Of a stretch of DNA of 64,000 bases, positions 37,190-47,169 are shown in pieces. This DNA comes from an uncultured Pelagibacteraceae bacterium (GTDB lineage: Bacteria; Pseudomonadota; Alphaproteobacteria; Pelagibacterales; Pelagibacteraceae), in NCBI GenBank assembly GCA_902616245.1, contig CACMSB010000006.1:2005-66004 (forward strand). The letters are read 5' to 3'. Below the pieces are notes generated by a model. That model ran no database searches. It worked only from the letters and a program-made list of their open reading frames with translations, and was not told the origin of the DNA. A program made the position numbers and the translations under genes. Position 1 is the first letter of the stretch, and each line of letters begins with the position of its first letter.

Positions 37190-37224
37190 GAGACGAGGTG
37201 GTTTCAGTCTCCCTCCGCCACCTC
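37189..37224. other. GC-rich structured element (two interleaved inverted repeats, pseudoknot geometry); possible ncRNA or cis-element
   Basis: GGAGAC (37189-94) pairs with GTCTCC (37207-12); GAGGTGG (37195-201) pairs with CCACCTC (37218-24). Strongly GC-rich against an AT-rich background. Confidence 0.5.
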
Positions 37225-37277
37225 AGTTACATAATAATCGATTCTCTAATTTTTTCTTAACTCTTTATAGTTGAATT

Positions 37278-38732
37278 TTAAATTTTTTGATCATAATCCC
37301 CAACCTTACCAGTTTGTTGAAGGAGATTATCAATAAAGTCAAAAATCTTCTTTTTTCTATCTTCGGAAGTTGGGCTTTCAGTAACTACAACTAAAGAGGG
37401 TTTATTAGAAGATGCTCTTATTAATCCCCAAGACCCATCATCAAAAGAAAATCTTACTCCATTAACAGTTAATATTTCTCTAATTTCTTGATTATCTACT
37501 TTAGTTTTATTTTCTTTAATATTTGTTATTTCTTTAACTAAATTCTCAACTACATCATATTTTTCACTATCTTTACAATAAGGAGCCATAGTCGGACTTT
37601 GATATGTTGTTGGTAATTCTGCAAGTATTTCACTCATTTTTTTGTTATTTTTATCGAGTAACTTACAGACCTGTATTGCTGAATTAATTCCATCATCATA
37701 GCCATATCCCAAAGGTTTATTAAAAAAGAAATGACCACTTTTTTCAAATCCTGCTAAAGCGTCATCGGTATTTACTTTTCTTTTGATATGAGAATGACCA
37801 GTTTTCCAATAAATTGTTTCACATTTATTCTCATTTAATATTCTGTCATTTGAATAAAGTCCTGTCGATTTTACATCAACAACAAATTTACTATTTTTAT
37901 GAATTTTTGAAAGATTTCTAGCTATTAATAGCCCTATTTTATCTGAAAAGATTTCATTACCTTTATCATCAATAACCCCAACTCTATCTCCATCTCCATC
38001 AAAACCAAATCCAATATCAGCATTATTTTCTTTCACAGCTGATGAAATTGCATGTAACATTTCTAAATCTTCAGGATTTGGATTATATTTTGGAAAAGTC
38101 CAATCAAGGTTGCAATCAAGTTCAATAACCTCACACCCAATACCTCTTAAAATTTCAGGTGCGAATATTCCAGCTGTTCCATTACCACATGCAACAACTG
38201 CTTTAATTTTTTTATTTAATGAGTTTTTTGTTATCAAATCATTTTTATAAATAGCTTGGAAACCATCAATTTTTTTCATATTTCCTTCACCATTAATAAA
38301 ATTTTGATTGAGAGTAATATTTTTTAGTTCTTTCATTTCCTCAGGCGCATGAGTTAATCCTTTTTTGATGCCCATTTTTACACCTGTCCAACCATTTTCA
38401 TTATGACTTGCTGTAACCATTGCAATTGCATCTGAATTTAAATTAAATTGAGCGAAGTAAACCATTGGGGATAAAGATAATCCTATATCCTCGATTTTGC
38501 ACCCAGTTGAAACTAAACCCTCTTTTAATTTTTCTTTGATATGTTCACTGTAAGATCTGTAATCTTGGCCAACTATAATTCTTGGATTGTTTTTCTTTGT
38601 ATGATTAATTATTTGAGTTCCAAGACCTTTACCAAGTTGAACGATTCCATCGTCATCTATGTCTTTTTCGTATACCCATCGTGCGTCATATTCCCGAAAG
38701 CCATAAGGATCAATTTTTCCCGAATTATTCAT
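37278..38732 (-). CDS. Phosphomannomutase/phosphoglucomutase
   Basis: GFREYDAR, phosphoserine loop TASHN, metal loop FDGDGDR, GFEKSGH, LIRASSNKP. Confidence 0.93.
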   Translation of the reverse strand: MNNSGKIDPYGFREYDARWVYEKDIDDDGIVQLGKGLGTQIINHTKKNNPRIIVGQDYRSYSEHIKEKLKEGLVSTGCKIEDIGLSLSPMVYFAQFNLNSDAIAMVTASHNENGWTGVKMGIKKGLTHAPEEMKELKNITLNQNFINGEGNMKKIDGFQAIYKNDLITKNSLNKKIKAVVACGNGTAGIFAPEILRGIGCEVIELDCNLDWTFPKYNPNPEDLEMLHAISSAVKENNADIGFGFDGDGDRVGVIDDKGNEIFSDKIGLLIARNLSKIHKNSKFVVDVKSTGLYSNDRILNENKCETIYWKTGHSHIKRKVNTDDALAGFEKSGHFFFNKPLGYGYDDGINSAIQVCKLLDKNNKKMSEILAELPTTYQSPTMAPYCKDSEKYDVVENLVKEITNIKENKTKVDNQEIREILTVNGVRFSFDDGSWGLIRASSNKPSLVVVTESPTSEDRKKKIFDFIDNLLQQTGKVGDYDQKI

Positions 38733-38806
38733 GTGGATATATGTACATTTTTTTAAAATTTTTATTGATAAATATTTAATAAGTTCTATAAATGTTCTAT
38801 TGATTT

Positions 38807-38853
38807 ACAATTTATATAGTATATCAGGTATATCTGCACACTATATCTAGTTA
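38807..38853 (+). promoter_or_regulatory. Tandem NrdR boxes upstream of nrdA
   Basis: acaatttatatagtat (38807-22) and acactatatctagtta (38838-53) resemble the acaCwAtATaTwGtgt consensus. Their 31-bp offset is typical of NrdR box pairs. Confidence 0.75.
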
Positions 38854-38893
38854 TTTACTAGATTTTTTAGTATAAAGATAAAAAGGGAGTTTA

Positions 38894-40831
38894 ATGAACA
38901 AAATATTGTCTCAGGCAATCAGGAAGGCTGTCTCTGATTATAAACCGGCGGAAAAAATCAGCAATAATGACAAAAGACCAGACTTATTTTCACTAAATAA
39001 CAACACAGAGTTGTTTCAAAATTCTAAAGGGATAACTATTAAAATAGATAGATCTAGAGATAATAATTTAACAGATTTTGGAAGAGCAACACTAAGTGAT
39101 AGATACCTTGGAGAAAACGAGTCTTTCCAAGATTTATTTGCAAGAGTTGCAAGTCATTATGCAGATGACAACTTGCACGCGCAAAGACTTTATAACTACA
39201 TAAGTAATTTATGGTTCATGCCAGCAACGCCAGTTTTATCAAACGGTGGAACAAAAAGAGGTTTACCTATTTCTTGTTTCTTAAATGAAGCAGGGGATAG
39301 CTTAACTGGAATATTAGATCTATGGAGTGAAAATGTTTGGTTGGCTGCTAAAGGCGGAGGTATTGGAAGTTATTGGGGCAACTTAAGATCTATTGGAGAA
39401 AAAATTGGAAGAGTTGGAAAAACCTCAGGAATTATTCCTTTCATCAAAGTTATGGACTCTTTGACAATGGCGATCAGTCAAGGTTCTTTAAGAAGAGGAT
39501 CAGCAGCTTGTTATCTTCCAATTGATCATCCGGAGATAGAAGAATTTATTGAAATGAGAAGACCAACAGGTGGTGATCCAAACAGAAGATCATTAAATTT
39601 ACACCACGGTGTTTTAGTTTCAGATGCATTTATGAGAGCTGTAGAGTTAGATGAACAATGGGCACTAAAAAGTCCAAAAGATCAATCAGTGCAAGCTACT
39701 GTTTCTGCAAGAAATTTATGGATTAGATTATTAACTGCAAGAATTGAAACTGGAGAACCTTATATTGTTTTCATTGATACAGTTAATAGAATGATACCTC
39801 AACATCATAAACTTGCTGGTTTAACTGTTAAGACATCTAACTTGTGCAGTGAAATAACTTTACCAACAGGAATTGATAAAGAGGGCAGAGATAGGACGGC
39901 AGTATGTTGTTTATCATCTTTAAATTTAGAAACTTATGATGAATGGAAAGACGATGAAAATTTTGTTCCAGATGTAATGAGATTTTTAGATAATGTATTA
40001 ACTGACTTTACTGAAAAAGCCCCAGAGTCATTTAGTGATGCAGTTTATTCAGCATTAAAAGAGAGAAGTGTTGGTCTAGGTGTTATGGGACTTCATTCAT
40101 TCTTCCAACAAAAAATGATCCCCTTCGAATCTGTAATGAGTAAAGTTTGGAATAAAAAAATATTTGAAAACATCCAAAAACAAGTTGATCAAGCTTCAAA
40201 AGATTTGGCTGATGAAAGAGGAGCATGTCCAGATGCAGCTGATTATGGAATTAATGAAAGATTTTCAAACAAAACTGCAATAGCTCCTACTGCTTCGATT
40301 TCAATTATTTGTGGAGGAACTTCTCCAGGAGTTGAACCAATTGCAGCAAATAGCTACACACACAAAACTTTGTCTGGATCATTTAATGTTAGAAACAAAT
40401 ATTTAAGTAAATTATTAGAAAAACATGGTAAAAATGATGATGAAACATGGTCAAGTATCACAACCAATCAAGGTTCAATTTCTCATCTTGATTTTTTAAC
40501 ACAACAAGAAAAAGACGTATTTAAAACAGCTTTTGAACTAGACCAGAAATGGATCGTGGAGTTAGGTGCAGATAGAACTCCTCATATTTCTCAAGCACAA
40601 TCAATAAATATATTTATACCTGCAGATATTCATAAAAGGGACTTACACCAAATCCATTTCCAAGCTTGGAAAAAAGGATTGAAGAGCCTTTATTACTGCA
40701 GATCTAAATCAATACAAAGAGCGGAAAACGTAAACGATGCAAATTCTACAGATGTAACTGCAAATGTTTACAAATCTAAGAAACAAGAAAATCAACAACC
40801 AGAATATGAGGAGTGTTTATCATGTCAGTAG
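38894..40831 (+). CDS. nrdA: Ribonucleoside-diphosphate reductase alpha subunit (class I, no ATP cone)
   Basis: PATPVLSNGG, ISCFL, SNLCSEI, VCCLSS, AIAPTAS, KSLYYCRS, C-terminal CLSC. Confidence 0.96.
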   Translation: MNKILSQAIRKAVSDYKPAEKISNNDKRPDLFSLNNNTELFQNSKGITIKIDRSRDNNLTDFGRATLSDRYLGENESFQDLFARVASHYADDNLHAQRLYNYISNLWFMPATPVLSNGGTKRGLPISCFLNEAGDSLTGILDLWSENVWLAAKGGGIGSYWGNLRSIGEKIGRVGKTSGIIPFIKVMDSLTMAISQGSLRRGSAACYLPIDHPEIEEFIEMRRPTGGDPNRRSLNLHHGVLVSDAFMRAVELDEQWALKSPKDQSVQATVSARNLWIRLLTARIETGEPYIVFIDTVNRMIPQHHKLAGLTVKTSNLCSEITLPTGIDKEGRDRTAVCCLSSLNLETYDEWKDDENFVPDVMRFLDNVLTDFTEKAPESFSDAVYSALKERSVGLGVMGLHSFFQQKMIPFESVMSKVWNKKIFENIQKQVDQASKDLADERGACPDAADYGINERFSNKTAIAPTASISIICGGTSPGVEPIAANSYTHKTLSGSFNVRNKYLSKLLEKHGKNDDETWSSITTNQGSISHLDFLTQQEKDVFKTAFELDQKWIVELGADRTPHISQAQSINIFIPADIHKRDLHQIHFQAWKKGLKSLYYCRSKSIQRAENVNDANSTDVTANVYKSKKQENQQPEYEECLSCQ

Positions 40832-41835
40832 AAAGTCTAAAAGATGCAAAACAAAAAATTGTAGAACCAAAAAAAATGGGTTTATTAGTTGAGAACCCAG
40901 TCTATAAACCATTCAGATACCCATGGTGTTATGATGCTTGGTTAACTCAACAAAGAATTCATTGGTTACCAGAGGAAGTTCCACTCGGTGACGATGTTAG
41001 AGATTGGCAAAAAAATCTTTCTGAGTCTGAAAAAAACTTACTAACTCAAATTTTTAGATTTTTTACTCAAGCAGATGTTGAAGTTAATAACTGTTATTTA
41101 AGACATTACACAACTGTATTTAAACCTACAGAAGTTTTAATGATGATGACAGCATTTGCCTCTATGGAGACAGTCCATGTAGCAGCTTATTCACATCTAT
41201 TAGATACAATTGGAATGCCAGAATCTGAATATTCTGCATTCATGAAATACAAAGAGATGAAAGATAAATATGATTACATGCAAAACTTCAATGTAAATTC
41301 AAAAGAAGATATCGCAAAAACTGTTGCAGTATTTAGCGCCTTCACAGAAGGTCTTCAATTGTTTGCAAGCTTTGCAATTTTATTAAACTTTCCAAGACAT
41401 AACAAACTTAAAGGAATGGGTCAGATAGTTACTTGGTCAGTAAGAGATGAAACTCTTCATTGTAATTCTATGATTAGAATTTTTAAAGAGTTCATTAAAG
41501 AGAACCCTGAAATTTGGACTCCGAAACTTAAAAAAGAACTTTATGAAGCTTGCAGAACTATAATTGAACATGAGGATGCATTTATTGATCTAGCTTTCGA
41601 AATGGGTCCAATGCAGGGTTTAACAGCTCAAGAAGTTAAAGATTATATAAGGTTCATTGGAAACAGAAGATTAACTCAGTTAGGTCTTGAGCCAATATAT
41701 GATGTCCAGAAAAATCCATTAACATGGTTAGACACTATGTTAAATGCAGTTGAGCATATGAACTTCTTTGAAGGTAGAGCCACTGAATATTCAAAAGCAT
41801 CCACACAAGGTAACTGGATAGACGCTTTCTCCTAG
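40822..41835 (+). CDS. nrdB: Ribonucleoside-diphosphate reductase beta subunit (class Ia)
   Basis: HWLPEEV, FFTQAD, ETVH.AAY (radical Tyr), EGLQLF, RDETLH, NFFEGR.TEY. GAGGAG SD favours the ATG at 40822. Confidence 0.96.
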   Translation: MSVESLKDAKQKIVEPKKMGLLVENPVYKPFRYPWCYDAWLTQQRIHWLPEEVPLGDDVRDWQKNLSESEKNLLTQIFRFFTQADVEVNNCYLRHYTTVFKPTEVLMMMTAFASMETVHVAAYSHLLDTIGMPESEYSAFMKYKEMKDKYDYMQNFNVNSKEDIAKTVAVFSAFTEGLQLFASFAILLNFPRHNKLKGMGQIVTWSVRDETLHCNSMIRIFKEFIKENPEIWTPKLKKELYEACRTIIEHEDAFIDLAFEMGPMQGLTAQEVKDYIRFIGNRRLTQLGLEPIYDVQKNPLTWLDTMLNAVEHMNFFEGRATEYSKASTQGNWIDAFS

Positions 41836-41841
41836 GATTAA

Positions 41842-42090
41842 GTGATAGTAAGTCCCTGTATAAGTATTTGTAAAACTGATCCAGTATCAGGCCTATGCTA
41901 TGGATGTGGTAGATCTGATGAAGAAAAGAAAATTTGGAAAGATCCTGAAACAACAGATGATTGGAAAAATAACAATCTAAAAGAAATCGAAAACAGACTT
42001 TCAGGTTGGCAATTAGAGAGCTTTAAAATGTCTTACAAAAACAAAATTGAAAAAGGCATTTCTTTGTATAAACAAAAACAATCTAAATAG
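41842..42090 (+). CDS. DUF1289-family Cys-rich small protein
   Basis: SPCISIC......LCYGCGRS.EE...W; GTG start 6 nt after nrdB. Confidence 0.8.
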   Translation: MIVSPCISICKTDPVSGLCYGCGRSDEEKKIWKDPETTDDWKNNNLKEIENRLSGWQLESFKMSYKNKIEKGISLYKQKQSK

Positions 42091-42136
42091 AATATATTTT
42101 ATAAGTAAAGATGATTAACTAATTAAATTTAAATAA

Positions 42137-42799
42137 TTAAATTTTTTCTTTATCTTCATAATTTGCTTCTTCATTAGAAACTTTGTTCTTCTTTGTATTT
42201 AAAATGTCAGCAAAACTATGATTCACATCTCTATGCCCAGCTTCATCGTCTCTTATCACTTTTACTACATCTTTTAGTCTAGAATTTAACGGAAGGTTCC
42301 AGTAATTTATTGCTATCTCTGGAGCCTTAATATTTTCAATTTTACCCTCTTCTATTTCATTTAGGTACTCAGTGTAGCTTATGACCGCTTCTTCTTCAAA
42401 ATACCCAACAATTCTATGAGCCGTTTTTTGTGAAATTAAATATATAAATAGATACATTAAAATAAATATAAATTGTGCAATCATTATAATTATTCTTTCT
42501 ATAAACGTAGGTTTTGCAATTTTAATAAAAGTCATTAAATGCATTCTTTCATTTGCAGCTTCATCTAATAGAATTTTTATCCAACCTTTATCATCTTGCA
42601 TTTTTCTTAAAGATTTTAGGTGAAGTAACATTCCAGCTACCATACCAGGAACAGCTGCTACAGTTTCTAAAACAACTGCTCTATGCCCATATTTTTTTTT
42701 AAAAAAAGTATCAGCCAAGAATCTTAAAAATTTTGTGAATCCAAAAGCAATTTTATCACTCAAGTTTTGGGGTTTATGATGTCTATTTAGATTTTCCAT
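42137..42799 (-). CDS. aox: Alternative (ubiquinol) oxidase
   Basis: HRAVVLETVAAVPGMV, EAANERMHL, GYFEEEAVISY, RDDEAGHRDVNH (di-iron carboxylate ligands). Confidence 0.96.
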   Translation of the reverse strand: MENLNRHHKPQNLSDKIAFGFTKFLRFLADTFFKKKYGHRAVVLETVAAVPGMVAGMLLHLKSLRKMQDDKGWIKILLDEAANERMHLMTFIKIAKPTFIERIIIMIAQFIFILMYLFIYLISQKTAHRIVGYFEEEAVISYTEYLNEIEEGKIENIKAPEIAINYWNLPLNSRLKDVVKVIRDDEAGHRDVNHSFADILNTKKNKVSNEEANYEDKEKI

Positions 42800-42847
42800 A
42801 CTATATATATGGCAATGATTAAATATTTTTAAATGAGTAAATTAGAC

Positions 42848-43972
42848 CTATCTTTGGTTCAAAAGCATTACTTTTCTGTATTTACTTCCTTTGTATTTGG
42901 CTAATGGTCTAATTAGTTTATTAGATGAATGTTGTTCCATTATATGAGCCGACCATCCAGTAATTCTTGAAATTACAAATATTGGTGTAAAAAAATCTGT
43001 ATCAAAACCCATTAGATGATAAGTAGGTCCTGTAGGGTAATCTACGTTTGGATGAATATTCTTTTTACTAATCATTACTCTTTCAACAATATCGTAAATC
43101 TTTAAAAACTTTTTATCTTTTTTAATTTTAGCAACTTTTTTGAAATACTCTTTCATTGTTGGAACTCTAGAGTCTCCACTCTTATAAACCCTGTGCCCAA
43201 AACCCATCACAACCTCTTTTTTTTTTAATGCATTATTGATCCATTTTAAGGCGTTCTCAGGTTTTTTTATTTTATTCATCATATGCATAACCTCTTCATT
43301 TGCTCCACCATGTAATGGCCCTTTTAGACTAGCTATAGCTCCTGTTATAGCGCCGTGAATATCAGATAAACTACTTGTTATAGTTCTAGCGGTAAAAGTT
43401 GAAACATTAAAACTGTGCTCTGCGTATAAAATTAAAGATACATCAAAAGCTTTTACAATTTCTTTTTGAGGTACTTTTCCAAAACACATGTAGAAAAAGT
43501 TTTCTGCAAAAGTTAATTCTTTTTTTGGTTTAATAATCTTCTTACCTTTTCGAATTCTATAAAACGCTGCTAAAGCAGTTGGAGTTTTAGCTAAAATTCT
43601 TAGAGCTTTTCTTGTATTTGCTTCCTGAGAATTATCTGTAGTTTCTTTATCTTCTAATCCCATAACACTTACTGCTGTTCGAGCAACATCCATAGGATGA
43701 GATTTCTTTGGCATGTGTTTAATTATTTCGTAAAGATTTTTTGATAAATCTCTATGTCCTCTCTCAATTTTTTCAAATTGTCTTAGTTCAATACTATTTG
43801 GTAAATCACCTTTTAAAATAAGATATGCAGCTTCTTCAAATCTACAAAATTCACATAAGTCTTGAACAGCATAACCCCTATAGGTTAATGAGTTAATCTC
43901 AGGCATAACTTTAGAAACTTCTGTTTCATCAACAACAATTCCTAATAAACCTTTTTTTACTTCTTCACTCAT
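42848..43972 (-). CDS. prpC: 2-methylcitrate synthase / citrate synthase II
   Basis: KGLLGIVV, YAEHSFNVSTF, LKGPLHGGANE, GFGHRVY...D.R, PNVDY; in the prp operon. Confidence 0.92.
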   Translation of the reverse strand: MSEEVKKGLLGIVVDETEVSKVMPEINSLTYRGYAVQDLCEFCRFEEAAYLILKGDLPNSIELRQFEKIERGHRDLSKNLYEIIKHMPKKSHPMDVARTAVSVMGLEDKETTDNSQEANTRKALRILAKTPTALAAFYRIRKGKKIIKPKKELTFAENFFYMCFGKVPQKEIVKAFDVSLILYAEHSFNVSTFTARTITSSLSDIHGAITGAIASLKGPLHGGANEEVMHMMNKIKKPENALKWINNALKKKEVVMGFGHRVYKSGDSRVPTMKEYFKKVAKIKKDKKFLKIYDIVERVMISKKNIHPNVDYPTGPTYHLMGFDTDFFTPIFVISRITGWSAHIMEQHSSNKLIRPLAKYKGSKYRKVMLLNQR

Positions 43973-44868
43973 TATTCGTGTCCCTCTGTGCTAAAATTAT
44001 ATATCTTTTCGTCTAAAGAGTTGTATTTTTCATACTCAACTAGATCATATAATCTTTTTCTAGTTTGCATCTTATCTATAATATTATTTTGATGTCCATC
44101 CGCAAAAATGGCACGTAGACCATCCTCAACACTTTTCATCGCTAGTCTTTGTGTTGTAACTGGATAAATTACAATATTGTAACCTAGCTCTTCTAATTGT
44201 TTAAAATCTAGCAGCTTCGATTTACCAAACTCGGTCATATTTGCTAAAAGATAACAATCTAGTGATTTTCTAACTTTTTCAAACTCAGCTTCATCTTTTA
44301 ATGCTTCTGGAAAAACAATTTCTGCACCAGCATCAATATAAGATTTACAACGATCAATCATTTTATCAATACCTTCAACGCTTTTAGCATCTGAACGTGC
44401 AATGATTTTAAATTGTTTGTCTGATCTTGCTTCTACACATTCTTTGATTTTTATTGTCATATCCTCTTTTGATATCAATTCTTTATTGTCTAGATGGCCA
44501 CATCTTTTTTGTTCTATCTGATCTTCTAAATGAATTGCTGAAATACCAAAATTTTCAAATGTTTGAACAGTTTCTTTACAAGATTTAAAACCTGTATCAA
44601 CATCAACAATGGTCGGAAGATTTGTAACACGTGCAATTTGCTTTGATCTGTTACTGACATCATTAAGAGTTGTTAATCCTATATCTGGATAACCCAAATC
44701 ATTAGACATAACACCTCCAGAAACATAAACACCATCATATCCAATTTCTTCAATAACTTTTGCTGTTAATGGATTATAAGCACCTGGTATTCTTAAAATT
44801 TTATTTGATTTTAGTTTATTATCTAAATCAATTCTTTTCTCTTCAGGTTTTTTTTCAACAAAGTGCAC
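43972..44868 (-). CDS. prpB: Methylisocitrate lyase
   Basis: PGAYN, GYPDIG, DVDTG, EDQ...KRCGHL, IIARSDA, FPEAL, LANMTEFGKS. Confidence 0.93.
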   Translation of the reverse strand: MHFVEKKPEEKRIDLDNKLKSNKILRIPGAYNPLTAKVIEEIGYDGVYVSGGVMSNDLGYPDIGLTTLNDVSNRSKQIARVTNLPTIVDVDTGFKSCKETVQTFENFGISAIHLEDQIEQKRCGHLDNKELISKEDMTIKIKECVEARSDKQFKIIARSDAKSVEGIDKMIDRCKSYIDAGAEIVFPEALKDEAEFEKVRKSLDCYLLANMTEFGKSKLLDFKQLEELGYNIVIYPVTTQRLAMKSVEDGLRAIFADGHQNNIIDKMQTRKRLYDLVEYEKYNSLDEKIYNFSTEGHE

Positions 44869-46370
44869 TAGAATATTCCTTTTTTATTATTCGATTTTAA
44901 GTATCTTCTACTCACTTCAATATTTAGTTTTGTAAGCTGATTATTTTTTAATTTTTTTAAATTTTGAACATCTTTTAAAAATCTATCACTTTCTTTTTTA
45001 GAAATAATACTTTCTGTTAAAATTTTAAATTTATTTATATAATCTTTTCTTTTAAAAGGTCTTTTCCCGTAAGGATGAGCATCTGCTCTTTCTAATTCCT
45101 CAATAATTTTTTTCCCATTATTTAATGTCACTATAACCTTTGCACCAAAAGATTTCTTTTTTGGATCAGGATCATGGTATTTCTTTGTCCATTTTTTATC
45201 CTCATGAGTTTTAATTGATCTCCATATTTTAATTGTACTTTTTTTGTTAGCTCTTTTTTTAGTATAAGACTTTACATGATGCCAATCTGCATCTTCTAAA
45301 GCTACTGCAAAAATATACATTATTGAGTGATCTAAAGTTTCTCTACTAGCATTCGGATCCATTTTTTGTGGATCATTAGCTCCAGTTCCTATTACATAAT
45401 GAGTATGATGACTTGTATATATATCTATTTTTTTAATTGTATTTAAATTATCAATTTTTTTATTAAGTGCTTTTGCAATATCAATTAATGCTTGAGCTTG
45501 ATATTCTGCAGAATATTCTTTTGTATATGTTTCAAGAATAGCCTTTTTTTCTTCGTTCTTTTTAGGCAAAGGAACAAAATATTTAGCATTTTTTCCATCT
45601 AATATTCTTGCTATCACACTATCTTCACCTTCGTAAATAGGACTTGGAGCCCCTTCACCTCGCATCGTTCTATCAACAGCTTCAATTGCTAATTTTCCTG
45701 CATGAGCTGGAGCATATGCCTTCCAACTTGAAATCTCACCTTTTCTTGATTGTCTTGTTGAAACACTCACATGTAATGCTTGTTGAACAGCTTGATAAAT
45801 AGTTTCTGTATTTAATTTTAACATAGATCCAATACCAGCAGCAACACTTGGTCCCAAGTGAGCGATATGATCAACCTTGTGTTTATGAAGACAAATAGCT
45901 TTTACAAGATTAACTTGCACTTCATAAGCAGTTATAATTCCTCTTAATAAATCATTTCCATTTTTTTTTAATTGTTGTGCTACTGCTAATAGGGCGGGAA
46001 TGTTATCGCCAGGATGACTGTAATCAGCTGCAAGAAATGTATCATGAAAATCCAATTCTCTAACAGCAGTTCCATTTGCCCAAGCAACCCATTCACAATC
46101 AAATTTAATTTTTGAATTTATACCAAAAAGATTAGCTCCATTTTTTCGTAAATGTTTTTTTGCCATTTCTCTTGCTGAAATTACTGGCCCTCTATTTAAT
46201 GAGGCAATTGCAACAGAAGCGTTATCAATAATTCTATTAATAACCATTTCTATTGAATTTTTATTTAATTTAGCATTATCACTTGCTATTTCTGCTATTT
46301 TCCAAGCGAGTTGTTTCTTTTTTGGTAAATTTTTTTTTGAAGGGTAAACTTTTACAATATGTTTAATCAT
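44868..46370 (-). CDS. prpD: 2-methylcitrate dehydratase (MmgE/PrpD family)
   Basis: [59 protein letters not shown]. Confidence 0.93.
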   Translation of the reverse strand: MIKHIVKVYPSKKNLPKKKQLAWKIAEIASDNAKLNKNSIEMVINRIIDNASVAIASLNRGPVISAREMAKKHLRKNGANLFGINSKIKFDCEWVAWANGTAVRELDFHDTFLAADYSHPGDNIPALLAVAQQLKKNGNDLLRGIITAYEVQVNLVKAICLHKHKVDHIAHLGPSVAAGIGSMLKLNTETIYQAVQQALHVSVSTRQSRKGEISSWKAYAPAHAGKLAIEAVDRTMRGEGAPSPIYEGEDSVIARILDGKNAKYFVPLPKKNEEKKAILETYTKEYSAEYQAQALIDIAKALNKKIDNLNTIKKIDIYTSHHTHYVIGTGANDPQKMDPNASRETLDHSIMYIFAVALEDADWHHVKSYTKKRANKKSTIKIWRSIKTHEDKKWTKKYHDPDPKKKSFGAKVIVTLNNGKKIIEELERADAHPYGKRPFKRKDYINKFKILTESIISKKESDRFLKDVQNLKKLKNNQLTKLNIEVSRRYLKSNNKKGIF

Positions 46371-46389
46371 TGAGAAAATTTAATACTCC

Positions 46390-46408
46390 TTGATTAAGAT
46401 TTAATCAA
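46390..46408. promoter_or_regulatory. Perfect inverted repeat upstream of prpD (candidate operator or hairpin)
   Basis: TTGATTAA-GAT-TTAATCAA in the 40-bp gph/prpD gap, overlapping the AAGGAG SD-like sequence on the minus strand. Confidence 0.45.
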
Positions 46409-46410
46409 CA

Positions 46411-47100
46411 CTAATTAATAAGGTATTTATTAATTATTTGCTCAATATTATTAAAATCTTTTATCAAGTGATTATGATATATCTCATTTATAGTTTTATC
46501 AGTATATCCATCCTCAACTAATATGAATGGTAATCCCGCAGCTTTTGCAGACTCAGAGTCGGTTTCACTATCACCAATCATTATTGATTTTTTTAATTCA
46601 CCTTGAATAATTTCAATTACATTTGTTAAGTGTCTTGGATCTGGCTTACAATAGTCAAAAGTATTATACCCAGCAACGTATTCAAAATAATCGTATACAT
46701 TTATTTTTTTTAAAAGATCTACAGCTAAATGTTCAGTTTTATTAGTGCAAACAGCCATTGAAATATTATTTTTTTTACACCATTTAAGAAATTCTAAAAC
46801 TCCAGGAAGAAGCTTGCTTTCTACTGCAATATTTTTTCCATAGTAATCTATAAATTCATCAACCATTTTAGATTTTATTTTTTCATCATCAATTTTTTTT
46901 AGTTCTTTTCTGGCTTGATTCCATAATGATCTACCAATCATAGAGGCGGCACCTTTCCCTACCAAGTTTCTTATTTCATAAGTAGATTTGGTTTCATAAC
47001 CAAATTTTTGCATTACATGATTATGAGCATTCATTAGATCAGGGGCAGTATCAATTAAAGTCCCATCTAAATCAAAAAGAACTGTGAATTTTTGTGTCAT
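46411..47100 (-). CDS. gph: HAD hydrolase, phosphoglycolate phosphatase
   Basis: FDLDGTLIDTAPD, CTNK, KPDP, MIGDS.TD; sits in the conserved position divergent from glmU-glmS. Confidence 0.85.
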   Translation of the reverse strand: MTQKFTVLFDLDGTLIDTAPDLMNAHNHVMQKFGYETKSTYEIRNLVGKGAASMIGRSLWNQARKELKKIDDEKIKSKMVDEFIDYYGKNIAVESKLLPGVLEFLKWCKKNNISMAVCTNKTEHLAVDLLKKINVYDYFEYVAGYNTFDYCKPDPRHLTNVIEIIQGELKKSIMIGDSETDSESAKAAGLPFILVEDGYTDKTINEIYHNHLIKDFNNIEQIINKYLIN

Positions 47101-47169
47101 TTAAAAAGTATTAATAAGAAATAAATTGTGAATTAATTAAATTAATACCCAGTTATATACAACTATCTA

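Noticed and set aside
37200-37220. tRNA-Ser-like 3' remnant (CTCCCTCCGCCA) as a phage att scar
   Set aside because: Only about 12 nt resemble a tRNA end, no proper T-arm forms, and no cognate tRNA or integrase is in the window; the interleaved repeats explain the sequence better.
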